From NCBI GenBank assembly GCA_047967505.1, contig CM106538.1: DNA of 64,000 nt; one strand, 5' to 3'. Source of the DNA: Dipteris shenzhenensis. Lineage: Eukaryota. Of this stretch, positions 12,801-23,871 are shown piece after piece; within the stretch, counting starts at the first letter, position 1, and the number at the start of each line of letters is the position of its first letter. A program made the translations under genes and the position numbers. Below the pieces are notes generated by a model that did not search any database, was not told the origin of the DNA, and saw only the letters and a program-made list of their open reading frames with translations.

Positions 12801-14442
12801 TGTTAATTACAGAGACAATAAATGAAGAAAGCGGAATCAAAACACACTGATAGACATCATAATGAGAAGTGTTTAATATATTCCGAAGCTGCATCGCAGA
12901 TACAATAGGTCCCTGAGAAGAGGGAATTTTATCACACTGAATACAAAACTGGGTGTCCTTATCCACAAAAGAAAGGGTATGCTCCGTCCATCCGATCTGA
13001 ATATTGTGGATTTTAAACCACTCTATTCCGATTAACAAGTCTACATGCTCCAAGTGCATAACATAACACGTAAGAGCCCCTGTGTAAGCTTGAATCTGGA
13101 GAGGAAGCGCTTCAATCTTGCGATCCCAAAACTGCTTCCCAGCTAGAAGCTGCACCTCATAGGTGTGATCGCTAGGTATCGTGGACAGCCCCATCTTTTG
13201 CACAAATTTGTAATTAACAAAGTTGTGAGAGCTACCCGGGTCAAAGAGAATGTGAACCCTTTGGTCCCTAACTTCTCCATAAACTCGGAAAAGATCATGG
13301 GAACCAAATAACGAAGTATTGAAAGTACAATTACAAGAAAGTGGGCAGGTAATGACATTTACAGAGATACCTGTCATCGAAACTTGGTTCGCTCCCTTGG
13401 CTTTGGTACCTGGACCCGCCTGGAGCTTCGGTCCGAGCGCTAATTTTTTATTCTTGCGCTTTGGACATTCATTGTTGGTGTGGCCCCGCTCCTTGCAGTA
13501 GAAGCAACGTCCTTCCTTCTTAAGCTTCAAGGTACGAAGGAAACGGGCTCGACCATTCTTTGCCTGAGTCAAGTGTTTCTTGGAGGCGTTGTCTATAGAC
13601 TTCGTCTCCCCGGTACCAGTCGTAGACTGAAAGAACTTCCGTTTGTTCTTTCCACTCGTGTCGGAAACTGTAGTTGCCTTTGCACCGGTCATGGTATCAT
13701 CATAAATACGCACGTAATTCATGGCCTCTTGCAACGTTGTACATTTGTTGTTCTTGATTTGTAACTTGTACGAATCTGGCAAACCATCCACAAAGAAACC
13801 TAACAAGGTCACTCGATCATCTTTGTGGCCCTGGTCTGCAGATCTCGAAACCTTTGAAGATAAACTTCAAACGACAAGTTCAGCTTAGACATATCGAGGG
13901 CTTTAAGCTTGCCAACAATATCATAGTCGTCCTCCTTCTTCAGCAACTCCTTCCTGAAGACCCCTTCGAAATCTATCCATGTAACCGGCTTGGGTTGGAG
14001 TTCCTTCCACCATAACAAAGCCTTCCCTGACATGAAGCCGGCTGCAAGCTGTATTTTCTTTTCATGGGTACGGATGGAACTAGAAGTGTACCTGCCACTT
14101 GTGCAACCAAGTGTCAACAACCTCCTTGGTTCGAGACTTCTGATCTCCGGGAAAAGGGTCTGGAGTTATGTTCGGACCTAGCACTGAAGCCATGGCATCC
14201 ACATGCGTGAGTGCCTGCACAGTGCTAGTCAGAAGTGTGAGAGTAGCCTGAATCCCTTGGAGTTGCTGTGTCAACCCCGTTTGATTCGCATTAACCTGCT
14301 CAAATTTTCCATCTAGAGTAGTGGTAAATTCACTGAAGGCCTTCTTCATAATCAGATCGTCGTAAAGACCCTGGTCTTCCTCAGCAGGGTAGTCCAAATC
14401 CTTATCTCCCATGGCAAATTCAGGATTTACAGAATCAGCCAT
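9871..14442 (-). pseudogene. Gypsy B gag-pol: gag, zinc knuckle, protease, RT, RNaseH, integrase, chromodomain; several frameshifts/stops
   Basis: CFYCKERGHTNNEC; ILFDPGSSHN; FLDDI; LEADASDFAIG; HPGIHRT...CRVC; ISMDFITGLP; GPF motif; chromodomain EYKIKWKD..EEDATWE. Confidence 0.92.
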
Positions 14443-15427
14443 GTCTGAAATCTGATCTGAAAAGAGTATAAAACTGAGAGAAATAACTGGGGGAATCGAA
14501 GCTGGAAGGAGAGTGGAGCAGAAAAAAACCGTCCCAAGAGGATGTGACGGAAGAAGATGCTGGAAACTAACCATCAGTGGGCGTAGATGATCCCGGAGTC
14601 TCTTCTTGCTGGTTTCGCTGCAGGCTGCAGTGTACGGAAGTCTACAGCAGACCGTACTGTACAGAAATCCTCCCGCTGGCTGTACGGATTCTGACGCAGT
14701 CTGTACGGATGCTTGTCGCAGGTTGTACGGATGCTGACGCAGGCTGTATGGTAGCCTGTCGCAGGCTGTACCGAATCTGACGCAGGCTGTACGGTAGCCT
14801 ATCGCAGGCTATGGCCGTTCCTAGCTGGCGCAATCCAGTAGATGTGCAAGGAGGTCTTCTTGCGCTCACTAGCTGAGGCTATGGCTGAGCTTGGGACCCT
14901 GCCAGACTATATAGGAGGTGGTGCAGCTAATCTAGGAAGCTATGCTTCCCAGAAGAGCTCACCCTCCCAAACTTGGAGGGTGGTGCTTTTTCAAAAAAAG
15001 CAACACCTCCAACAGAGTGGCCGCACCCTGCTCCAGCCCCTGGCGCACCTCCCTGCCTGGCCAAAATCCCTTCCAGCCATGGCGCACCTCTCAGCCACTT
15101 GCACCAGCGTCACCTACCTCTATGCAGCCCTGACCAGCAAACGAAAACTCCTCGCCTGCCACTCAGCTCTTCTCACACCTCTCCTACCTTCATCTCCTCT
15201 CTCTCCTAGCTACGCCTCAACCCTCTCTCACTTATCCCTTCAGCAATTCCGAAATCAAGACTCTCCTTCTCCTACCTTTACCCTACATCCTGACCACATC
15301 CGATAACCCATGAACCAACAAGATCTTGTAGCAGCAAATTTCGAAATTAGGGCATACCTAGAGGAAGAAATCATCCAAAATTTTCACATAAGAAGTTCCT
15401 ACCTCAGGAGTTGGCTCTGATACCAAC

Positions 15428-16003
15428 TGACACGTCCCAGCACTCCTGAAACCTCTGATCTGCAAGCAAACACAAGATCATACACACAACGTGAGGAACT
15501 GAGTAGGCTGCTCACCACCCCTCACCACCCAACCATGACATCTATGGGATATGATCCCAAATCAAGAGATGTCCCCTCCGAGCCACGAGCTGAGCTACTG
15601 GCACGAACTCCCAACCAGATCCAAACCAGCCTGGTGTCCCATACCACCAAGTGGTGCTGTGAAGGCTGGGATCCGCTACTGGGCCTTGGGCTACGCTAAG
15701 ATGCAGGCACGCGTCCGCGACTCAATCCAGAATCAGATCTAGCACCTGGGAACGAAACTTGCTCCCATCGACTTGCTGAGAACTGAACCCCCTGGGCCCC
15801 TTTTATAGACTCGGGCCCCAAGCGCCAAAAATAGCGAAGACCTATGACTCGTTCGTACCCTTGCCACTCGACCCGAGAATCAAGCCTGCCTAGCTCTAAG
15901 CCTCCCCAGGCTACCTGAGCTAGTCTTGTGTACCTAGTACACGTCAGATACCAACCCGTGCACATGCCCAGTACACGTCAGATACCAACCCGTACACATG
16001 ACA
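15428..16003 (-). repeat. 5' LTR of gypsy B (576 bp; carries a 10-bp CTCACCACCC duplication)
   Basis: Adjacent to the PBS; matches 9292-9857. Confidence 0.95.
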
Positions 16004-16008
16004 GATAC

Positions 16009-18095
16009 TGACTTGGCCAATCCCTAAGAGTCTGACCGCTTTGCGATCATTCTTGGGATTTGTCCAATTTTATCAAAGGCATATCAAAGGATATTCCGAA
16101 ATAGTATCGCCATTCACTGATCTGACCTCAGATAAAGTACCTTTTATATGGGGGCAGAATCAACAAGAAAGTTTTAACACCATAAAAAGCTGTGGTCACA
16201 GGACCGGTGTTAGAAATAGTTGATCCCCAGAAACCGTTGTTCCTGGAAACCGATGCAAGTGGCATTGCGGTAGGAGCAGTTCTCCTCCAAGAGGGAAGGC
16301 CAGTAGCCTTTGAAAGCAAGAAGCTTTCTCCCTCTCAAAGAAATTGGCCAACTCATGAATTAGAGTTGTATGCTGTTGTCCATGCTTTGAAAACATGGCG
16401 ACATTATTTGTATGGATCAGAGTTTTATGTGGATGTTGATCATGATACTCTGAAACATTTTTGTAAACAACCTGACTTGAGAGGCCGCCAAGCTAGGTAG
16501 GCAGAACTCATACAGGAGTTTAATTTGACGATTCGGTACCGAAGAGGGAAGGATAATAAAGTTGCTGATGCGTTGTCACGCATAATGCATAACATGAGTT
16601 TCACGGTGTTAGAGAGTGCTCTAATGGCCGAGATAAGAGAAACTCAAAAGGTGGACGAGTTTGTCCAGAGCCTTTGGCCTAAGGCTCATGTATTGAAACT
16701 CGGGGAAAAGGATGACCTGGCATCCAGAAAAGGCCAAACTTATGCAAGATATGCCGTAAGGGATGGTGTGCTGAAAAGAAATGGCAAGGTAGTAGTACCT
16801 AGTCAGAATGATCTCAGGCAGAGAGTCATTCGACAGTGCCATGATAGCCCATGTGCGGGACATCCAGGACTCGAGAAGACATATGATCTCATGAAGAGAG
16901 ATTTCTTTTGGCCAAAGATGAAAAAGCATATTCATGAATATGTGACACATTGTTTTTCGTGTCACGTAAGTAAGGCAAAGCGGGTGAAGCCACCCAAACT
17001 CTTACAACCCTTGGAGGTACCACTAAGTAAGTGGAAGAGCATTTCCATGGACTTTATTGTAGGGCTGCCTACGACACAAGGTAGATATGATTCTATCCTT
17101 GTGGTGGTTGATAGTCTTACCAAGATGGCTCACTTCATTCCAACTAGAGAGTCTGTTAGTGCCCCGCAAGTGGTGGATTTGTTTATTAGACATATATTTC
17201 GTCTACATGGATTACCCAGATCCATAGTGTCAGACAGAGATGTCAATTTTACCTGTCATTTTTGGACCGTGGTATTTGAGACACTAAGGACTAAGTTGGG
17301 AATGAATAGTGGGGATCATTCAGAAATGGATGGTCAGACAGAAAGAATCAACCAAATTTTAGAGGATATGCTTAGAGCATATGTGTCATTGAGGCAACAT
17401 ACATGGGACAAGTGGTTGCCATTCTTAGAGTTTTCCTACAATGATAGAAAACATTCCTCTACAGGGTTCAGTCCGTTTGAGTTGAACTATGGTTATAGGC
17501 CTGCGAATCCAACTATAGTTGGAATACCTCACAAAGTGCCTAGTGCCGCGAACTTTGTGGTTCAAATGCGGGAGATGCTAGCACTTGCGAGAGCTAACAT
17601 CCGCCAAGCAATGGATAGAGCTAAGGTGTATGCGGATGAAAACCGATCCGCTAGAGAATTTAAGGAAGGAGAAAAAGTTTTTCTCAGAGTTCCTTCGCAC
17701 TCTAAGTCTTTGACTGCAGGAAAGTGTGCTAAGTTATCACCTCGATATTGTGGGCCATGGTTAATTCTAAAAAGAATAGGCAAGGTAGCCTATAAATTAG
17801 AGTTACCACCGCGGTGTAAGGTGCACCCAGTGTTTCATGTTTCTCGTTTGAAGAAATTTTTGCATACTGGTGACTCACAAATCTAAGGTGTGGTTTTGTT
17901 TCAAAAGATAGAGGATAATGCAAGACGCAAGCCAACAAGAATCCTGAACCGAGGAACAATGTAAGTGCGCAATCGGAAGATACCCATAGTGTTGGTTGCA
18001 TGGCATGGTCTACCTCTATCGGAAGCTACCTGGGAATCCGTATACCAGTTACGGAGAGTGTTCCCAGATTTCATCATCGAGGACGCTGATGCTTG
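16009..18095 (+). pseudogene. Gypsy A RT end, RNaseH, integrase and chromodomain (3' part)
   Basis: LRSFLGF, LETDASG, HPGLEKT...CFSC, ISMDFIVGLP, DGQTER, VHPVFHVS, then VLVAWHGLPLSEATWE. Confidence 0.92.
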
Positions 18096-18108
18096 AAGAG
18101 GGAAGGAA

Positions 18109-18576
18109 TGTTATGCTCTAGCCGAGATAGCATGACCTCGGAAAGATCGGTGGGCATTTTCTCTTAGATGACCGACTTTTGTAATAGTTTATGTGCGTAA
18201 ATAAAATGGTTAAGGGAAGTAACTGCCAAGGTCCTAGGTGAGGGTGTATTGGCATCGACTAGGTGGTTCTGAGTGCTCAGGCCTAGGTGCACCTAAATGT
18301 GTAATAATGCCAAGGGGCAAATGTTTTAATTGTGCCCCAAGAGAGGGGTAAATGGTGTACCAAGCTAAAGGTCTAAAATAATGACATGTGGCAGGGGGGA
18401 ACTATCTAGGGAATTGTGGGCTTGTGGATAGGCATGAAGGAAATAAAAGTTACGTATCTTTTGTGTGCATGCAATCTATAAGAGAGGCTGGGAGGAAAAC
18501 TTATGATGCCAACACCTGTGACTATGTATTGCCCGTAATTCGACGGAACAGTGAGAATAGAAAAGTGAGCGTATCA
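18109..18576 (+). repeat. 3' LTR of gypsy A (468 bp)
   Basis: Follows the PPT; matches 5471-5882; retains TATAAGA at ~18477. Confidence 0.95.
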
Positions 18577-20699
18577 ATGTGCATGTGAGGCATCTGCTGG
18601 CTCATGGGATTCAATTGCATGTGAGGCATTTACTGTTAATCCTGCTTTCTTCTCCGAAGCAATGCACTTCCTACATTCTGAAATTTCATGCCTTGACTTG
18701 CGACAATAGTTGCATCTTTTCTTCTTTGACTTATCTGCTGTATTTTGAGATACATTGGAGGAAATGCCACTGTTGGGCGCATATTTAGGCTTGCCCATAG
18801 GCTTGGAAGCCTTGCCTTTTCCTTTCTGCTGATGAAGTAAATGCATGATCAGGAATAGTAGCTTGCCTATTAGCACGACTTTGCTCTTCCTGCAAAAGCA
18901 AAGTGACTAGCTGATCAGAGTAGTGGTCTGGATTACCCATGGCCACTAGTCGAAGGGTTGTAGCAAACCCTTGATATGTACCTAGCAGCCCATTCAATGT
19001 GGTACTGACAAGCTGAGAATTTGTCACCACCTCATCAACAAATGGCAAGTTGTTCCATGAGGTCCTTGACCTTGGTCAAGTATGCATCCATAGAGTCACC
19101 TTCATTCATGCTGACTTCCTGCAATTGCCTTCTTAAATATGCAACACGTGACTCATTGTGAATCTGATAAAGAGAAGCCAATTTATCCCAAGCATCCTTT
19201 GCTGTCCTGCATGACCGGATGTGTGGAATGATTCTCTTGCATGATAAAGCAATACAGGAATGTGCATTTTCATCTCTTGCATCCCATCTTGTTTGTTTCT
19301 GAGTTGGAGGAGCAGCAACAGCGGTGCTAGAGGATAAAGCATCAGGAGGAGTCCCCTCTGCAAAGGGACCAGCATTAGGGGCAGCCACTGCAGTATTGGC
19401 TGGCCTCAAATCAATCCCAGAAACAATCTTCCAAAAATGTCTTGCAACAAGAATATATTCATGAGATAAGACCACATCGGATAGTTGGTGCCATCCAACT
19501 TATCATCTTCACGAAGAACGCCGAATAAATCATGATTGTTGCCAGCCATTGCAAATAGGACAAGTCAAAAATGCACTGACAAAGTGACCCAAAAGATAGC
19601 CTCAAGGCTTGCCACTGCAAAAAAATAGGACTTGCTGTCCAAATCTGGAAAAGCCCCAAATTAAGTTGTAATTTGCAAATGTGATCAAATGGCCTGCAAT
19701 TTCTTGCCAAATTCATTGCAAATTTGAAAGTATCCTGCAATCTTCTTGCAATAGACCCAAAAGCCCCAATTTGTAGAGCAAAGCTGAGCCAAAAATAGGG
19801 CAAATTCAGGAAAAACCCCAAATTGTCTGCAAATCTGCAATCTACCTGCAAAATCGTAGCCCAAATGCAAAAGCCCCAAATGTCACCAAAAATTGCAGAT
19901 CTACTGCAATGTCTGCTCCCAAAATCGAAGCCAAACAATGGCTAAATGCACAGCTGAGTCTGTAAATGAATCCTACCAATAGATGACGGACACGAGACAC
20001 CTTCAGCCTGCAAAAGAATCTACAAGTATAAAACAGTACGAAATCCGTACAATATACGAATGACTGTACGGAATGTATGGACATCGAAATGCGGGCATGT
20101 ACGGGCAGTACGAACTAACGTGCAGTATGAAAATCCGTACGATGGTACAGACTGACGTGCAATACGAAAAATTGAAATCCATACAACTGTATGGACGAAC
20201 TGACGCATTGTACGAAATCCATACGGTTGTACGGACTGTACGGACAGCAGGTCGCATCGGAGCTATGCGGACGTCCGGGAGCAAAAGCTTGACAATGGAG
20301 CAAAAATGTGGAAGTTAGAGCTGGAAGCAAAAAGCTGGGAGTAGGGAGCAGGTTTGGAAGGAAGTGCTCTGATACCACTGTAGGCTCACGGAAGCAAAAG
20401 GATGCAAAAGAGTGGAGCAAGAAGTGGAAGCCGTCAAATCAACTAGAATGAAAATGAAAGAGAACCCTAGGACCTAGTGTCCTAGTGGTACCACTAGTAC
20501 TAGGTGTCATAAGACACTAAAAGGAGTGGGTGACCTAAGTGCCAATAATTAAAGCTACATGGCACATACCAGGGCCTAGAGGGCATCAATACGACCGGGA
20601 GAAGATGGCCTACCCCAACCCCAAGACTGACTTGTTTTTCAGTTTGAATCTGATACTGGATAGATTGATCTAACCCACTATGCATGCAATTGCAGTTGA

Positions 20700-20880
20700 C
20701 TATTTCTATACTATGATTATGACTTTGTTAGCATAGATTAGTACTCAACAAGGGTCCTAGCGTGCCCTTTGCTTCAGCCAACTCAGGCTTGTATGAGTTC
20801 GGTTTTCTATGTACTTTGTCCCATAGGCCCGCGAGGCCTCCCGTGGACGTTAATATATCTTTCTTTCTTTCTCTCTCTCA
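20700..20880 (+). mobile_element. 3'-terminal fragment of the LINE family (3' UTR, terminal stem-loop, (CTTT)n(CT)n tail)
   Basis: GTCCCATAGGCCCGCGAGGCCTCCCGTGGACGTTAATA plus microsatellite; upstream CAAGGG...CCCTTTG hairpin shared with 21037 and 29511. Confidence 0.75.
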
Positions 20881-20883
20881 TCT

Positions 20884-21143
20884 CATCAGAGAGCCCTAGG
20901 TTACCTGGATATACAGAACCTGAGCATGTACTAGGAGTGCTAGCTCTGAGCACCTATCTCTGTTATTTTGCTTTTGCTACTCTAGTATTTGGACACTTGA
21001 TTCACTAGTTTAGCATTTTAGCACTTCAGCTTTCAGCAAGGGTCTTAGTGAACCCTTTGCTTCAGCCCTCTATGGCTTGTATGAGTTACTTTTTGGCTTG
21101 TACCTTGTCTCATAGGCCCGCGAGGCCTCTTACAACGCTAGTA

Positions 21144-21178
<35 letters not shown>
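20884..21178 (+). mobile_element. Second 3'-terminal LINE-family fragment with (CT)n tail
   Basis: GTCTCATAGGCCCGCGAGGCCTCTTACAACGCTAGTACA(TC)n; 3' UTR homologous to 20745-20880. Confidence 0.7.
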
Positions 21179-21182
<4 letters not shown>

Positions 21183-22706
21183 CCAACCTAGCCGCCTAGC
21201 CTCTCCCCTCCGCTCAGCCCTCACACACCTTGCCACCCAACCTCTCCACTCCTCTTAGCTTTCACCTGCTTTCAACCGCCCGACCCGCTCCACTCAGCCC
21301 TCACACGCACCACTCAACTCGCCACTTGCTCCGCCTAGCCGCATAGCCTCTCCGCCTACCTACTTCCCTGCCCTTGTCTAACCTCTCACTTCTTACCTAG
21401 CCTAGCAACGAACTAACCTCGAATTGGGCTAAGACCCCTGGCCCAGTTCGAGGGTTCGTTAGCTTGGGGTCCTGCACATATGGCCGGCATGGAGAGGTCT
21501 AGCCTCTCCTCGAAATCAAAATCCTCCCCCCTCTCTACACCACTGACTTCAACCAATCGAGTATAGTACTCCACAATTGTAGCTAAGACGCCTTCCCCGT
21601 AGGCACATACATACTATAAAGGAGGTTTAAATTGGCCTATCATTGGTCACCATGACAAATCTTTTACTTACAACAAGAGATTCATGACTTAAAGATGCAA
21701 TTGGCAGCCGTGACAACTAAACTTCAGTTTTTGAAGGACCTAGCAAGCAAGGCAATCATGTATTTATTTATGAAGGCATGTAAGGCTTCCTACCCACTCC
21801 TCAACTAATCTCCACAGTTAAAGACTTCATTCACTTCGAAGTACAAACAATCAAGAAGGAGGTAAGTGTGGAAGTTGAGACAAAGGCAAAGGCAAGTAAA
21901 ACTGACATTCAAGAAGAGATTAAGGAGCCTGAAGCCAAATGTGAAGCCAAACCCACTCCTCAACTAATCTCCATTTAAAGACTTCATTCACTCTGAAGTA
22001 CAAACAGTCAAGAAGGAGGTAAGTGTGGAAGTTGAGACAAAGGCAAAGGCAAGTAAAACTGACATTCAAGAAGAGATTAAGGAGCATGAAGCCAAATGTG
22101 AAAACTCACTGAAGATTCGGATAGGATGACTTCCTGAAAACTGGTACAAGGATGAGGACTCTTTTAGTGAAACTTTAGCACAGGTCAAAGCAGACATGCC
22201 CAACATTGAATGAAAGGATGATGATGAAGATGATGACGATGAGGTAGCAACTAATATCAAACATTCCAAGGGACATGCCGTCATCACTTTCAAGTCATGT
22301 AAACTACAAACCAAGGTTCTTCGCCAATCACATAAGCTGAAAGGAACAAAGGTATGGATAGCTGAGGAGCTCACACGAACTCAACTGAAGAATAAAGCGA
22401 CTGAATTAGCGAAGGTTAAAGCTGCAAGGAAGGATGGAAAATGGGCAGTATACTGTGAAGGCATGGCAATTATCAAAGAATTCAAATCCAAACCAAAAGA
22501 CTCAGTCTCAAATTGATGTATGGCCGATTGTATGTTTTTATGCTTTATTAGATGTAGCTACTCTAAATAAATAGAGATGTTTTTGCACTCTATGGGAGCT
22601 GCCATGTGCCCTCCCTAAACTGATGTATTAGTTGGTTCTGTGCTGTCCCATAGACCTGTTGGTCTTCCATGGACGTTAATAGAATCTCTCTCTCTCTCTC
22701 TCTCTC
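21179..22706 (+). mobile_element. ORF1-only non-autonomous non-LTR element, copy 1 (degenerate)
   Basis: C-rich 5' UTR, 5' hairpin 21404-21464, ATG 21480, ORF1-like protein with stops (QIFYLQQE...LKIRIG.LPE...KLKGTKVWIAEELT...ARKDGKWAVY...KEFKSKPKDS), no RT, 3' stem-loop ~22645-22675, (CT)n tail. Internal ~160-bp tandem duplication at 21792-22103. Confidence 0.8.
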
Positions 22707-23165
22707 GCAGCCCCTCACCCCCCCCTCGCAGCTCCCCTCTCCCCCTCGCAGCTCCCCTCGCAGCCCCTCGCAGCTCACCCCTCCCCCCCCGCAGCCCCCC
22801 TAGCAGCTCACCCCCCCCTCGCAGACCCTCACCCCCCCCTCGCAGCTCACCCCTCCCCCCTCGCAGCCCCTCGCACCCTCGCAGCCCCCCCTCGTAGCCC
22901 CTCCCCCCCCTCACAGCTCCTCCCCCCCCCCCCCTCGCAGCTCCCACCTCTCCCCTCGCAGCCCCCCCCCCCCCCCCTCGCAGCCCCCCCCCCCCCCCCC
23001 CCCTCGCAGCCCCTCCCCCCTTCCCCCCCCGCAGCTCCCCCCCCCTCCCCCCTTCCCCCCCCGCAGCTCCCCCCTACCCCCCTCCCAGCCCCTCGCCCCT
23101 CGCAGCTCCTCCCCCTCGCAGCGGCTCACCCCGCTCACACCCTCCCCCTCGCAGCTCAGCCGCTC
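22707..23165 (+). repeat. Degenerate tandem repeat (C)nTCGCAG(CT) forming the LINE 5' end
   Basis: Roughly 20 CGCAG-anchored units separated by C runs. Confidence 0.85.
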
Positions 23166-23262
23166 AGGCCCCCCACCCCGCTCACCCGCTCATCGCGCAT
23201 TGGCAGCGCTCGCCATCTCCCGCTTTTCAATGCCGCCGGTTTCCCGTTTCCCGTAATTAAAC

Positions 23263-23871
23263 ATGGCCGACATCGTCGAGCATGTTACAGAAGGAGCAAC
23301 AGCAGCAACATCAATGGCCTCCATGACCGACATGCTGCACTATAGTAGAAGAGGACTTGCATCCTCTTCAAAGGACAGAGCAATACCCGCACTTGCCGCA
23401 CTCCCATTCGCAGGTACACCGGTTTCAGCTCCACTATCTCATCTTCCGCCCAGCGCAGTGCCCGCACTTGCCGCACTCCCAGTCACAGGTACACCGGTTT
23501 CAGCCCCATTATCTCATCTTCCACCCATAGCCACCTTGTACCCGCAGTTTTTTTCACCCCTCCCCTCTCAGGTCCCTTCTTCTCCTACCCCTTCTCCAAC
23601 TTTAGCCTTCCCCTCCTCTCCATCCTCGGTACCCGCTTTCTCTCCCCCTCTCCAGCCTTCTCCCCATCCCCGCTACACACCTTACCGGTTTCCCCCCTTT
23701 CTCCCTCTCTTTCTCCTTCCATGCCTTGCACTGTTTGTCCTTGCCAGCACATCCTACCAGAGCTTCAGCACTTTCAGACCCACCTCCGAGATGCCCTTCA
23801 GATGCTTCACAGGAAGGACGAGACCATTACTCTACTTACAGCTCAGGTTGCATCTCTTACTGATCGAGTGA
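23263..23871 (+). CDS. Pro/Ser-rich upstream ORF of the LINE (202 aa), overlapping ORF1; possibly a frameshifted ORF1 N-terminus
   Basis: ATG in AAACATGG context; contains a 75-nt in-frame tandem repeat (PALAALP.TGTPVSAPLSHLPP twice). Confidence 0.35.
   Translation: MADIVEHVTEGATAATSMASMTDMLHYSRRGLASSSKDRAIPALAALPFAGTPVSAPLSHLPPSAVPALAALPVTGTPVSAPLSHLPPIATLYPQFFSPLPSQVPSSPTPSPTLAFPSSPSSVPAFSPPLQPSPHPRYTPYRFPPFLPLFLLPCLALFVLASTSYQSFSTFRPTSEMPFRCFTGRTRPLLYLQLRLHLLLIE

Larger units (their letters stand above)
9292..16003 (-). mobile_element. Ty3/gypsy chromovirus B, complete, nested in the RT of gypsy A
   Basis: LTRs 9292-9857 (3') and 15428-16003 (5'); TSD GATAC at 9287-9291 and 16004-16008; PBS reverse complement 15414-15425; PPT reverse complement 9858-9872. 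Confidence 0.97.
5471..18576 (+). mobile_element. Ty3/gypsy chromovirus A, complete with both LTRs, interrupted by gypsy B
   Basis: LTRs 5471-5882 and 18109-18576 (TG...CA); TSD ATGTG at 5466-5470 and 18577-18581; iMet PBS TGGTATCAGAGC 5885-5896; PPT GAAGAGGGAAGGAA before 18109; domain order gag-PR-RT-RH-INT-chromodomain. Confidence 0.97.
5230..20590 (-). mobile_element. Ty1/copia element B (5' LTR from 20379 upward, PBS, leader, gag, protease), split by gypsy A and 3'-truncated
   Basis: PBS reverse complement GCTCTGATACCA at 20366-20377, LTR TG at 20379, gag ORFs 19035-19475, 18785-19048 and 18574-18876 (CNYCRKSRHEISEC). The sequence resumes left of 5470 with the protease motif WYFDSGASKH (~5345-5376). 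LTR outer end approximate. Confidence 0.8.

Noticed and set aside
14620-14820. Regular ~20-bp repeats (also 20030-20245, 36090-36470, 55690-56000) considered as CRISPR-like arrays
   Set aside because: Degenerate repeats without unique spacers, no cas genes, and all inside eukaryotic LTR-element leaders or LTRs.
22615-23138. Gly/Arg-rich and Pro/Ser-rich ORFs
   Set aside because: Translations of the C-run tandem array; no evidence of coding.
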